Source of the DNA: Candidatus Moraniibacteriota bacterium
GTDB lineage: Bacteria > Patescibacteriota > Minisyncoccia > Moranbacterales > UBA9337
Direction: 5' to 3'
DNA length: 34,367 nucleotides
Assembly: GCA_003510795.1 (NCBI GenBank)
Contig: DOKP01000063.1
Location: forward strand, 1-34,367
A program made the position numbers and the translations under genes. This document shows, piece after piece, positions 26,146 through 34,366 of the stretch; within the stretch, counting starts at the first letter, position 1, and the number at the start of each line of letters is the position of its first letter. Under the pieces are notes generated by a model, which ran no database searches, was not told the origin of the DNA, and saw only the letters and a list, made by a program, of their open reading frames with translations.

Positions 26146-27211
26146 CACTGAAAAAATATTTAAGGCATATTTTGATTGTCGAAAAAATAAGCGAAAAACC
26201 CGTAATGCTTTAAAATTTGAGTGGAACTTTGAGGATAATTTGCAGATATTATTGAATGAATTATCGAATCGAACTTACGTGCCAGGAGAATCGATTTGCT
26301 TTGTCGTTTTGGAGCCGAGTGTAAGAGAAATATTCGCTGCTGATTTTCGCGATCGAGTGGTTCATCATCTTTTAATTAACGAGATAATCGAATCGGCAGA
26401 GAAACATTTTGTTTATGATAGTTTTGCCTGCCGAGTTAATAAAGGAACTCATCGCGCCATGTTGCGCCTTAAGGATTTTATCCGTAAAGTAACAAAAAAT
26501 AGTACAAAAGAAGGGTATTATCTTCATTTGGACATAAAAAGTTTTTTTATGTCTATCGATAAGGGAATTTTGTTTGATATTTATCAGCAATTTATAGAAA
26601 AGGAAAATATGCCCCAAAAATGGAAAGAAGAAATGTTTTGGCTGGGTAAAATTATTATTTTTCATAATCCGACGTTTAATTGCTGGCGTAAAAAAAGTTT
26701 AGTCAATAAATGCAAAGTTGACTTGAGTGGTTCGGTTCCGTTTGGAAAAAGTCTATTTGATGTTCCATCAACAAAGGGTTTGCCAATTGGAAATTATTCA
26801 TCGCAATTTTTTGCTAATCTTTATATGAATAAACTTGATCAGTATATTAAACGGGAGCTGAAGTGTATTTTTTATATTCGCTATGTAGATGATTTGATTT
26901 TATTAGATGCTGACGCAAAAGTTCTTACTGCTTGGCAAAAACAAATTGTAGATTGTTTGAAATATTCGTTAAATTTGGAAATAAATTCAAAAAAGACAAA
27001 AATAGAAAAAATAATAAAAGGAATTGATTTTTTGGGATATTATTTAAAACCAACGCATATTTTGGTCCGCAGAAAAGTAGTAGAAAGGTTTAAGAATAAA
27101 ATTTTTGAGTTAAATAAAGATGATGGAAATTTAAAAAAAATAATGGCTGTGCGAGCGTCTTTTTTTGGCCACGTCAAATGGGCTAATGCAAGAGCGCTTG
27201 ATACTGCATAA
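26126..27211 (+). CDS. DGR-type reverse transcriptase
   Basis: 361 aa. It carries REIFAADFRDRVVHHLL, SFACRVNKGTHRA, GLPIGNYSSQFFANLYMNKLDQ (the [IL]GxxxSQ motif 4 signature of DGR RTs) and the catalytic RYVDDLILL (YxDD). It has no maturase/X or endonuclease domain. Confidence 0.9.
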   Translation: MMQTIFNTEKIFKAYFDCRKNKRKTRNALKFEWNFEDNLQILLNELSNRTYVPGESICFVVLEPSVREIFAADFRDRVVHHLLINEIIESAEKHFVYDSFACRVNKGTHRAMLRLKDFIRKVTKNSTKEGYYLHLDIKSFFMSIDKGILFDIYQQFIEKENMPQKWKEEMFWLGKIIIFHNPTFNCWRKKSLVNKCKVDLSGSVPFGKSLFDVPSTKGLPIGNYSSQFFANLYMNKLDQYIKRELKCIFYIRYVDDLILLDADAKVLTAWQKQIVDCLKYSLNLEINSKKTKIEKIIKGIDFLGYYLKPTHILVRRKVVERFKNKIFELNKDDGNLKKIMAVRASFFGHVKWANARALDTA

Positions 27212-27235
27212 ATTCCATTTTTGTGAGTGCTCTTG

Positions 27236-27244
27236 TGGTATAAT
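27236..27244 (+). promoter_or_regulatory. extended -10 promoter element (TGGTATAAT)
   Basis: tggtataat lies 52 nt upstream of the ATG at 27296. No well-spaced -35 was seen. Confidence 0.4.
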
Positions 27245-27295
27245 AAAGTAGCGAAAATTTAAGTCGTTTAAAAAACTTAGAAAAATAAAAAAATT

Positions 27296-27859
27296 ATGCA
27301 ACCTTATAAAAAACTTTATACTTATTGGTTCTCAGTTATTATTTATGATTTGGAAGTTGAGTTTACTAATAAATGGATTAAAAGCTGGAAGCTAAAAGAG
27401 CAGATGGACGGCGCAGCCAGGAGTGGAAAGCAAAACATCGCAGAAGGCTCGGATGATATGTCCGTTTCCTTAAAAGTGGCTATTAACCTCACTGGAATTG
27501 CCAAGGGCTCATTAGAGGAATTGACTGGTGATTTGGAGGATTTTTTACGTCAAAGAAAATTATCCAAGTGGGATAAAAATGATCCGCGCGTGCTCGCAAT
27601 GCGCGCGCGAAGCGCACAATGGGTAAGAACCTTAAGTGACTTAAGCTGCTTAGACAAGGAGAAGGAAATCGAGGAACTCCTCAAGACAATCGAGCTACCC
27701 GAACAGGACGAGGAAGCAGCAAATTTCTTGTTGACACTTTGCCACCAAGCGACATTACTCCTTCATCGTCAAGTCGAAGCATTAAAATTAAAACATCAAA
27801 AGGAGGGCGGACTCTCGGAGGAGTTGTATCGGAAAAGGAAAGAATATAGGGGCTTTTAA
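27296..27859 (+). CDS. second four-helix-bundle (Avd / 23S rRNA-IVS family) protein with a C-terminal extension
   Basis: KKLYTYWFSVIIYDLEVEFT...QMDGAARSGKQNIAEGS...GIAKGSLEELTGDLEDFLRQRKL fits the four-helix-bundle (TIGR02436-like) pattern. An extra ~90-aa helical, charged tail follows. Confidence 0.7.
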   Translation: MQPYKKLYTYWFSVIIYDLEVEFTNKWIKSWKLKEQMDGAARSGKQNIAEGSDDMSVSLKVAINLTGIAKGSLEELTGDLEDFLRQRKLSKWDKNDPRVLAMRARSAQWVRTLSDLSCLDKEKEIEELLKTIELPEQDEEAANFLLTLCHQATLLLHRQVEALKLKHQKEGGLSEELYRKRKEYRGF

Positions 27860-27865
27860 GAAGCT

Positions 27866-27931
27866 TAGTAAGAATCTTAAGTAACTTAAGAATCTTAAAA
27901 TAAGAGTCTTAAGTTATCTAAGAAACTTAAA
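27866..27931. repeat. cluster of CTTAAG/CTTAAA palindromic half-repeats in the 72-nt spacer before the beta-helix/LamG gene
   Basis: CTTAAG at 27876, 27885 and 27908. CTTAAA at 27894 and 27926. CTTAG/CTAAG at 27863 and 27918. The first ~37 nt repeat a segment of the upstream CDS (27623-27658). Confidence 0.7.
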
Positions 27932-30900
27932 ATGAAAACAAAATTTACAATTTTTCTCTTATTCTGTCTAACCCTTTTCTCTTGGGCAACTTTTGCTTCG
28001 GCGGATTATTCCGCGCAAGGAATTGTAGAGTCCAAAAATATGCTTTCGGGCGCGACCGTGACGGCCATCAATGGTTTCCAAGTTACCGCCACTGTTCCAG
28101 CCAACACTACAGTGAGCGTTAAATTTTCCCAAGACAAAGTAAATTATTACAATTCAGCCGGAGTGAAAGAAGGTTGGGATACTTGCGCCAATGGAGTAAC
28201 TAATGTCAATTTGACAGGCTTGGCTTGGACGGGCGGAATTTTGTTTTATAAAATTCAATTGACTTCGACTGATGTGGCAGTAACGCCGACTATTAGTGAC
28301 GCGCAAGTGGATTATGACGGCACGGTTGTGCCGGCGCTCAGCGGAAATTCTTATCCTACTCAAGGAGCGGTGGTTTCTACCAATCTTCTGACTGGTGGCA
28401 CGATGGCTTTTGACAACACTGTGCGCTTTGCTTATAACGTCAGTTCTTTGCCATCGGGTACTAGCGCGAGTGTACAATTTTCCCAAGACGGCACTAATTG
28501 GTATTCATCTGGCGGTACGCTGTGGGGCGAGGATGTTTTGTCTTCTGGGGCGCATTTGGATATTACCAACTCACTGGATTTGTCGGCTTTGAATTGGAGT
28601 GGGGTGACCAGTTTTTATTACAAATTAAATCTCTATAGTCCTTTGGATGATAATCTCACTCCTGCGGTCAGTGATGCGGGATTGATTAATCCTGATCAAG
28701 TCTACTATAGTGTCGGGCAATCCGTCGCAAACCTGATGTCTGGAGCACCGACTGTAACCATTACTGGAGGTGCGGGGGTCTTCTCTGTGGCACAAACTGG
28801 CAACATCGGTGTAGGAGACCGGGTTACATATAACACTAGCGCAGTGGCATATATTAGCGCCAAGACCAACGCTGACGGCATGCACTGGAGCCTTGTAACG
28901 GCGACAGGGGGCTTACCAGGGGACATTTCCAATTCAGCGGTGGTTTCAATCACTCGGGAATTTACTTCCCTTAACTCGGCGGAAGCGGCGGCTAGCAATA
29001 TTTTTCATATCAATAGTTCCGACCTTGTCTCGGCTAATGTAGTTCTCAATCTGCCTTGCTATTATGACACCGGAGCGGACACTACCGAAGTCACAGTTGA
29101 TAGTTATACTACTAGTGCAAATAATTATATCAAGATTTATACGCCCAATAATACTTCCACAGAAGTGAACAATTCACAAAGGCATCAGGGGAAATGGGAT
29201 GATGGGAAATATAGATTAAATGTTACAGGAATAGGGATTTTAAATTCAGCTCACTATACGATAATTGATGGATTGCAGATATCAATATCGCCTAATGATA
29301 CGTATAGATACGGTATCCGCGGTAACAATAATATTGGAGGGATGAAAATATCAAATAATATAATTAAGCAACTTAATGCCCAGGATAATTCTGGTGGAAT
29401 ATATATTGCTACGATGCCATCTGGATATAAATCCTTTGCTTATAATAATATTATTTATGATATTGTAGGATCTGCTTATTTTTTCTCTAGCGTGGATATA
29501 GAATCTTTTTATATTTTTAATAATACTGCTCATGGCAATACGGTCGGATTTAGAGATTCGGGTCAAGATATTATTGTCAAAAATAATCTTGCATATGATA
29601 ATGGTACTGATTATGTTGGAACATTTAGTTCTTCTTCGACCAATAATATTTCCAAAGATGCTACCTCTCCAAATTCTGGCTCAACTGATTGTGGTGGACA
29701 TAGTTGTCGCAGTCAAACAATTTCTTTCGTCGATGCCATCAACAAAGATTTTCATCTTTCTCCTTCTGACACAGCCGCGAAAAATGCAGGCGCGGATTTA
29801 AGTGCGGATGCTAATTTCCCATTTAATACTGATATTGATGGTAGCTTCCGCCTCCACCAAGGTTTCGGCGCGACACAGTGGGACATCGGCGCTGATGAAA
29901 CCGCCACGCAAATATTCAGAAGTGTCGGACCATCTGCTACCGCAGTTCTTGAAAGCGATACCGCTCATGCTCGCAATGTGACGCTGACTTCTGGGGTGGC
30001 GACTTTTAGCAATGCTCTCGCCGATAACATCGGAGTGGGGGATGCGATTCTTATTGACACTGGAGGAACTGCTGATGCAATTGATACTTCTGATACTTTA
30101 TTATTTGTCCACGGAAGAACTGATAGTACTCATTACACTTTGCGCACTCATACTGGTGCAATACCAACTGACATTACAGTGAACAACACTTATCAAATCT
30201 TCCGCGCTTATACATCGTTATCTAACGCTGAAGCCGGCACGAAAAATACTTCCATCCCCATAACTTTCAACGGAGGTAATCGTGATTTGGTAGTAAATAA
30301 TGAACAATGGAACATCGCCTGCTACGGTGACGCGGTGGATACGACTTCTGTAACGATTGATGGCTGGAATACAGGGGAAAATAATTTTATTAAAGTATAT
30401 ACTCCGGTATATACCGAGGAAGTAGGGGTTTCTCAAAGACACAAGGGGAATTGGGATGATGGGAAATATCAATTATCGAAGGAAAATGTTAATGGTTATA
30501 CGATATATATACTTGATGAATATATCGAAATTGATGGATTGCAATTCGATGTTTCTGGTACCGGAACACATCCAAATGCAGTTAAAATTGGAGCTAATAA
30601 TATTATTTTAAGCAATTCCATGATTAAAGATTCATCTTTAAACAGCGAGTATATAATTAATATTGAAGGAACATTTGGGGATGTGAAAGTTATAAATAAC
30701 ATTGTTTATAGAACAGATGATCTTAAAGTAGGTATAGGCATAAGAAGTTATTCATCAACAAATTTATCAATGGGATATTTTTATAATAATACTGTGAACG
30801 GGTTTAATGTTGGAATCGAATCTCGAAACAATAGTGTGTTAGCAAAAAATAATATAGCCCAAAATTGTACAAATGGTTATAATAGTGGATTTGACGCTTC

Positions 30901-32503
30901 TTCTAATTATAATATTTCTGACTTAGCCGCTGATGCTCCCGGGGCTAATTCTAAAAATTCTACCACTGTTTCTTTCGTCGACGCCGCCAACAAAGATTTT
31001 CATCTTTCATTAAATGACACTGCCGCGCGAAACGCAGGCATATCGCTCGCGAACGATAGCGCTTTGCCATTTGACACGGATATCGACGGTCAGCAAAGAA
31101 CCGGTTCTTGGTCCATCGGTGCCGATGACGGCCCGGGGACGACAGTGCAAACTCCTGCACCAAATTCAACAGAAAGTCCAAACCTAGATATTAATCAGGG
31201 ATTAGTGGGGCATTGGTCCTTTGACGGCGAGACTATTTCTGGTTCGACAGTCCAAGATTTGAGCAGTCATAATAATGACGGCACGATAAGCGGTGCCACG
31301 AAAGCAATCGGCAAAAGAGGGCAAGGGATGAATTTTGATGGGGATGATTATATTCAAATAAATGATAATAATATATTAGATGGAGCTAGCGCAATGTCTT
31401 GGAGTTTCTGGATAAAATTGGCTGATACAGGATCTTCAAATAGAGGAATTATTAATAAGTATATTACTTCAGCAGGAGGTCGGTCATATAGTGTATTTAT
31501 TGATGCGGGCGAAGATATAAATTTAAGAATTTCTTCAGATGGAATAAATAATGAAATTCAAATTGCACAAACTAATTTAGATACAAATTGGAATCACGTT
31601 GCTATAATCTTCAATAATGGAGTGTTTGATATTTATAAGAATGGACAAGTAGTTTCTGATGATGGAGATTTCACTTCTCATATTTCCGTATACGCAGGTA
31701 GCGATGATTTGGATTTGGGCAGAGACTATAGCGGCAATTATTATAACGGTCAGTTTGATGAAACACGTATTTATAATCGTGCTTTAACTATTGATGAAAT
31801 TGGACATCTTTACCGAATGGGTGAAGATAAATTTCAAACCACGCAGACTGATAAACTAACCGACGGGTTGGTGGGGATGTGGAGTTTCGATGGCCCGGAT
31901 GTCTCCGGAGTAACGGCTTATGACAGAAGTGGCAACAATAACCACGGCACTATCTCCGGCGCCACGCCGGTGATGGGGAAAAAAGGGCAAGGAATGGGGT
32001 TTGATGGGAATGATAATATCGAGTGTGGGGATATTGATGTAGAGGGAACAATAACTATTCAATCCTGGATTAATCTAGGTGCCGTATCTGGCTATCAAAC
32101 TATTGTAGGTAAAAGAAGTAGCAGCGTGGGAAACTATTTATTACGACTTAACTCTGACGAAATTGAATTTATTTTTTGGAATACCGGTACAGAAAAACAA
32201 TGGAGAACGTCGGTTGCCAATTTGCAATCTAATAACTGGTATCATATTACTGTCGAGTATGCTGATAATGAGGCTAATCCGATAATTTATGTTAATGGGG
32301 CTTCTCAAGGCGGTTCTTGGACAGTGGGAGGTCCTAGCACAATGCAATTAAATGACTTGCCAACAAGAATAGGGGCTTTTGGTTTCGCTCCAACGCAATA
32401 TTTTAATGGTGCTATTGATGAAGTTCGTATCTACAGTCGAACACTTTCGGAAGACGAAATAAATGACTCATATGGAATGGGACAAGTCAAAATAAAGCAA
32501 TAA
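27932..32503 (+). CDS. secreted 1523-aa multidomain protein: two N-terminal beta-sandwich repeats, two beta-helix modules and two LamG (concanavalin-A-like lectin) domains
   Basis: Signal peptide MKTKFTIFLLFCLTLFSWATFASA. The ~120-aa unit is duplicated (..VKFSQDKVNYY.. / ..VQFSQDGTNWY..). The ~400-aa module is duplicated and ends SFVDA.NKDFHLS..DTAA.NAG...DIDG..R...W.IGADE. Two LamG-like units carry LVGHWSFDG...NNDGTISGA...GQGM.FDG...FDE.RIY.R.L..DEI. Confidence 0.8.
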   Translation: MKTKFTIFLLFCLTLFSWATFASADYSAQGIVESKNMLSGATVTAINGFQVTATVPANTTVSVKFSQDKVNYYNSAGVKEGWDTCANGVTNVNLTGLAWTGGILFYKIQLTSTDVAVTPTISDAQVDYDGTVVPALSGNSYPTQGAVVSTNLLTGGTMAFDNTVRFAYNVSSLPSGTSASVQFSQDGTNWYSSGGTLWGEDVLSSGAHLDITNSLDLSALNWSGVTSFYYKLNLYSPLDDNLTPAVSDAGLINPDQVYYSVGQSVANLMSGAPTVTITGGAGVFSVAQTGNIGVGDRVTYNTSAVAYISAKTNADGMHWSLVTATGGLPGDISNSAVVSITREFTSLNSAEAAASNIFHINSSDLVSANVVLNLPCYYDTGADTTEVTVDSYTTSANNYIKIYTPNNTSTEVNNSQRHQGKWDDGKYRLNVTGIGILNSAHYTIIDGLQISISPNDTYRYGIRGNNNIGGMKISNNIIKQLNAQDNSGGIYIATMPSGYKSFAYNNIIYDIVGSAYFFSSVDIESFYIFNNTAHGNTVGFRDSGQDIIVKNNLAYDNGTDYVGTFSSSSTNNISKDATSPNSGSTDCGGHSCRSQTISFVDAINKDFHLSPSDTAAKNAGADLSADANFPFNTDIDGSFRLHQGFGATQWDIGADETATQIFRSVGPSATAVLESDTAHARNVTLTSGVATFSNALADNIGVGDAILIDTGGTADAIDTSDTLLFVHGRTDSTHYTLRTHTGAIPTDITVNNTYQIFRAYTSLSNAEAGTKNTSIPITFNGGNRDLVVNNEQWNIACYGDAVDTTSVTIDGWNTGENNFIKVYTPVYTEEVGVSQRHKGNWDDGKYQLSKENVNGYTIYILDEYIEIDGLQFDVSGTGTHPNAVKIGANNIILSNSMIKDSSLNSEYIINIEGTFGDVKVINNIVYRTDDLKVGIGIRSYSSTNLSMGYFYNNTVNGFNVGIESRNNSVLAKNNIAQNCTNGYNSGFDASSNYNISDLAADAPGANSKNSTTVSFVDAANKDFHLSLNDTAARNAGISLANDSALPFDTDIDGQQRTGSWSIGADDGPGTTVQTPAPNSTESPNLDINQGLVGHWSFDGETISGSTVQDLSSHNNDGTISGATKAIGKRGQGMNFDGDDYIQINDNNILDGASAMSWSFWIKLADTGSSNRGIINKYITSAGGRSYSVFIDAGEDINLRISSDGINNEIQIAQTNLDTNWNHVAIIFNNGVFDIYKNGQVVSDDGDFTSHISVYAGSDDLDLGRDYSGNYYNGQFDETRIYNRALTIDEIGHLYRMGEDKFQTTQTDKLTDGLVGMWSFDGPDVSGVTAYDRSGNNNHGTISGATPVMGKKGQGMGFDGNDNIECGDIDVEGTITIQSWINLGAVSGYQTIVGKRSSSVGNYLLRLNSDEIEFIFWNTGTEKQWRTSVANLQSNNWYHITVEYADNEANPIIYVNGASQGGSWTVGGPSTMQLNDLPTRIGAFGFAPTQYFNGAIDEVRIYSRTLSEDEINDSYGMGQVKIKQ

Positions 32504-32512
32504 TTATAAAAT

Positions 32513-34366
32513 ATGGTTAAAACAACAAGTATATTCTTTATCTCTTTTGTCAGTATTCTAGGCGTTTTGATTATGGTGGATATTGTCGAAGCTTCTTCGC
32601 CTATTCTCAATTTTTCAGACATTACCAGCGGTCCTAAGACTGGAAATACTGATGGTATTGGGAGCGGAGCTATTGTGACAATCTGGGGGAATTATTTGGG
32701 ATCGGCGCAAGGCAGTTCCAAAATCTATGTCGGTGATGTTGAAGCTACAGCAGTCTATTATTGGAAAAATGCCGATGGCCAATTACCAGGTGGTCCCGCT
32801 GATCTCTATACTTATCATAAAATGCAAGAAATCACCTTTGCTATACCAAGCAGTGCTCCAAATGGAGAAACTACAATTAAAGTAGTGGTGGGTGGTATTA
32901 ACTCAACGACATTGCCTTTTACGGTGAGAGCGGGGAATATTTATTTTGTTAAATCGACTGGTAATGACACAACGGGGAATGGATCATGGGAAAATGCTTG
33001 GGCAAATTTATCCAATGCGTTATCTGGTGATGGAAAAATATCCGCGGGTGATGTCATCTATAGCGTTGGAGTGGGAAGCATGTCCGATGTCAATATTGGG
33101 TCAACTACAGCCCAGGTCGGAACACTCAGCGATCCATATTCTGTTATATGTTATCCAAATATTTCATGTTCTGCAACTAATGGCAATACAGCTAACTTTC
33201 GTAACTGGAACGGCGCCAATCGATATTGGAATTTTTCAAAATTTTCTCTGGCTACTGATTATCAAGCATTTTCGATTTTTCAGGGAAGTAGAATTATCGG
33301 TAATAATGTCACTGGACCAACAATTAATTCAGGTTATTCTGGTTGGGTTGGTGGTGGTTGCGCTGGAAATGTTTCGGATAACTGTGGCGGTCATCGAATT
33401 TATGGTAATGAAGTGCATGACTATGGTGCAGTGGATGGATCTGTTGATCAATTCCAACACCTCTTTTATATATCAAACCGGTCAGGGAGTGTAGCGGAGG
33501 GGTTTGAAATTGCATGGAATAATTTGCATGATAATCCTATCTATCAAGGTATTCATATTTATGACCAGGAATTATGTGGTGGTTGGAGTGGGAGTATTAA
33601 TATCCATCATAATGTTGTCAAAAATCAGGGAGGAAACGCGATAAATATTAACTTTGGTTGTGTTTCTAATCCGACAACAATTAATGTTTATAACAACCTG
33701 ACTATAACAGACACGTATTATAATCTACCGGGACTGAGTGCACCCGCCGCCGCACTGCGAGTAGATGCATCATCTGATACAGTGGTTAATATTGTCAATA
33801 ATACGTTTTCTGGATGGGCGAGTGCCAATAGTGTTGGCAGTGGATTTTTGACTTATGAGAACAATATTTTTCTTGGTAACAGGAATGTCGCCTACGTCAG
33901 TGGTACGCCAGATATTTATGACAATAACCTATTTTATGACGTTGTAGGTTCACCCGCTGTACCTGCCTGGGCTGAGTATAGCGAATCTCCACGATTGATA
34001 AATTATGTTCCTGAGTTGGAAAGCCCGGTTATTGATTCAGGGTCAGATACTATAGTAACTTACTCTGTGACAGATATGATCGGTGGTCCACATATCAGTG
34101 GAAATATCGATATTGGCGCGATTCAATATGTTTCTTCAGAAATAACCGTCCGCAGTGATGTTAATAACTCTTCTGTCACCAACACCACCGACGCTCTTTT
34201 AACTTTACGAAATTCCCTCGGCCTTTCGATGGACGGTACGGCATGGCAAGTGGGAGCGACAACTGGGGACGTGGACTGCAGCGGGACTTCCAATTCAACC
34301 GATGCTTTGTTAATCCTCCGATATTCTTTGGGGCTCTCTATGGGCGGGACGAGTTGGTGTGAATAA
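32513..34366 (+). CDS. secreted IPT/TIG plus right-handed beta-helix protein with a C-terminal double dockerin-like module
   Basis: Signal/TM (IFFISFVSILGVLIMVDIVEA). An IPT-like segment (ITSGPKTGNTDGIGSGAIVTIWGNYLG...IYVGDVEA) is followed by the beta-helix cap IYFVKSTGNDTTGNGSWENAW. The C-terminus DVNNSSVTNTTDALLTLRNSLGL...GDVDCSGTSNSTDALLILRYSLGLSMGGTSWCE precedes the stop at 34364-34366. It starts 9 nt after the previous gene, so the two are probably co-transcribed. Confidence 0.8.
   Translation: MVKTTSIFFISFVSILGVLIMVDIVEASSPILNFSDITSGPKTGNTDGIGSGAIVTIWGNYLGSAQGSSKIYVGDVEATAVYYWKNADGQLPGGPADLYTYHKMQEITFAIPSSAPNGETTIKVVVGGINSTTLPFTVRAGNIYFVKSTGNDTTGNGSWENAWANLSNALSGDGKISAGDVIYSVGVGSMSDVNIGSTTAQVGTLSDPYSVICYPNISCSATNGNTANFRNWNGANRYWNFSKFSLATDYQAFSIFQGSRIIGNNVTGPTINSGYSGWVGGGCAGNVSDNCGGHRIYGNEVHDYGAVDGSVDQFQHLFYISNRSGSVAEGFEIAWNNLHDNPIYQGIHIYDQELCGGWSGSINIHHNVVKNQGGNAININFGCVSNPTTINVYNNLTITDTYYNLPGLSAPAAALRVDASSDTVVNIVNNTFSGWASANSVGSGFLTYENNIFLGNRNVAYVSGTPDIYDNNLFYDVVGSPAVPAWAEYSESPRLINYVPELESPVIDSGSDTIVTYSVTDMIGGPHISGNIDIGAIQYVSSEITVRSDVNNSSVTNTTDALLTLRNSLGLSMDGTAWQVGATTGDVDCSGTSNSTDALLILRYSLGLSMGGTSWCE
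34146..34366 (+). repeat. conserved 3' dockerin-like module, copy 2
   Basis: Paralogous to 24372-24590, and its last 23 nt are identical to the relic at 22786-22808. Confidence 0.8.

Noticed and set aside
26126-27211. Reverse transcriptase as a group II intron or retron RT
   Set aside because: At 361 aa it has no maturase/X or endonuclease domain and no flanking intron RNA domains. It carries the DGR-type [IL]GxxxSQ motif, sits next to an Avd gene, and lies near a VR/TR pair with adenine-only mismatches.
27623-27904. Second TR/VR-like pair (CDS segment repeated in the downstream spacer)
   Set aside because: The two ~36-nt copies differ at C/T and G/T positions as well as at A positions, and by an indel. 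The pattern is therefore not adenine-specific, and the repeat is too short for a DGR template.
888-33515. All minus-strand ORFs in the track (60-131 aa), and plus-strand alternative-frame ORFs such as 18952-19197, 20227-20457, 28395-28592, 29532-29801 and 32946-33494
   Set aside because: Each is nested within a much longer plus-strand CDS with strong family motifs. They have odd composition and no independent start or RBS context, so they are shadow ORFs.
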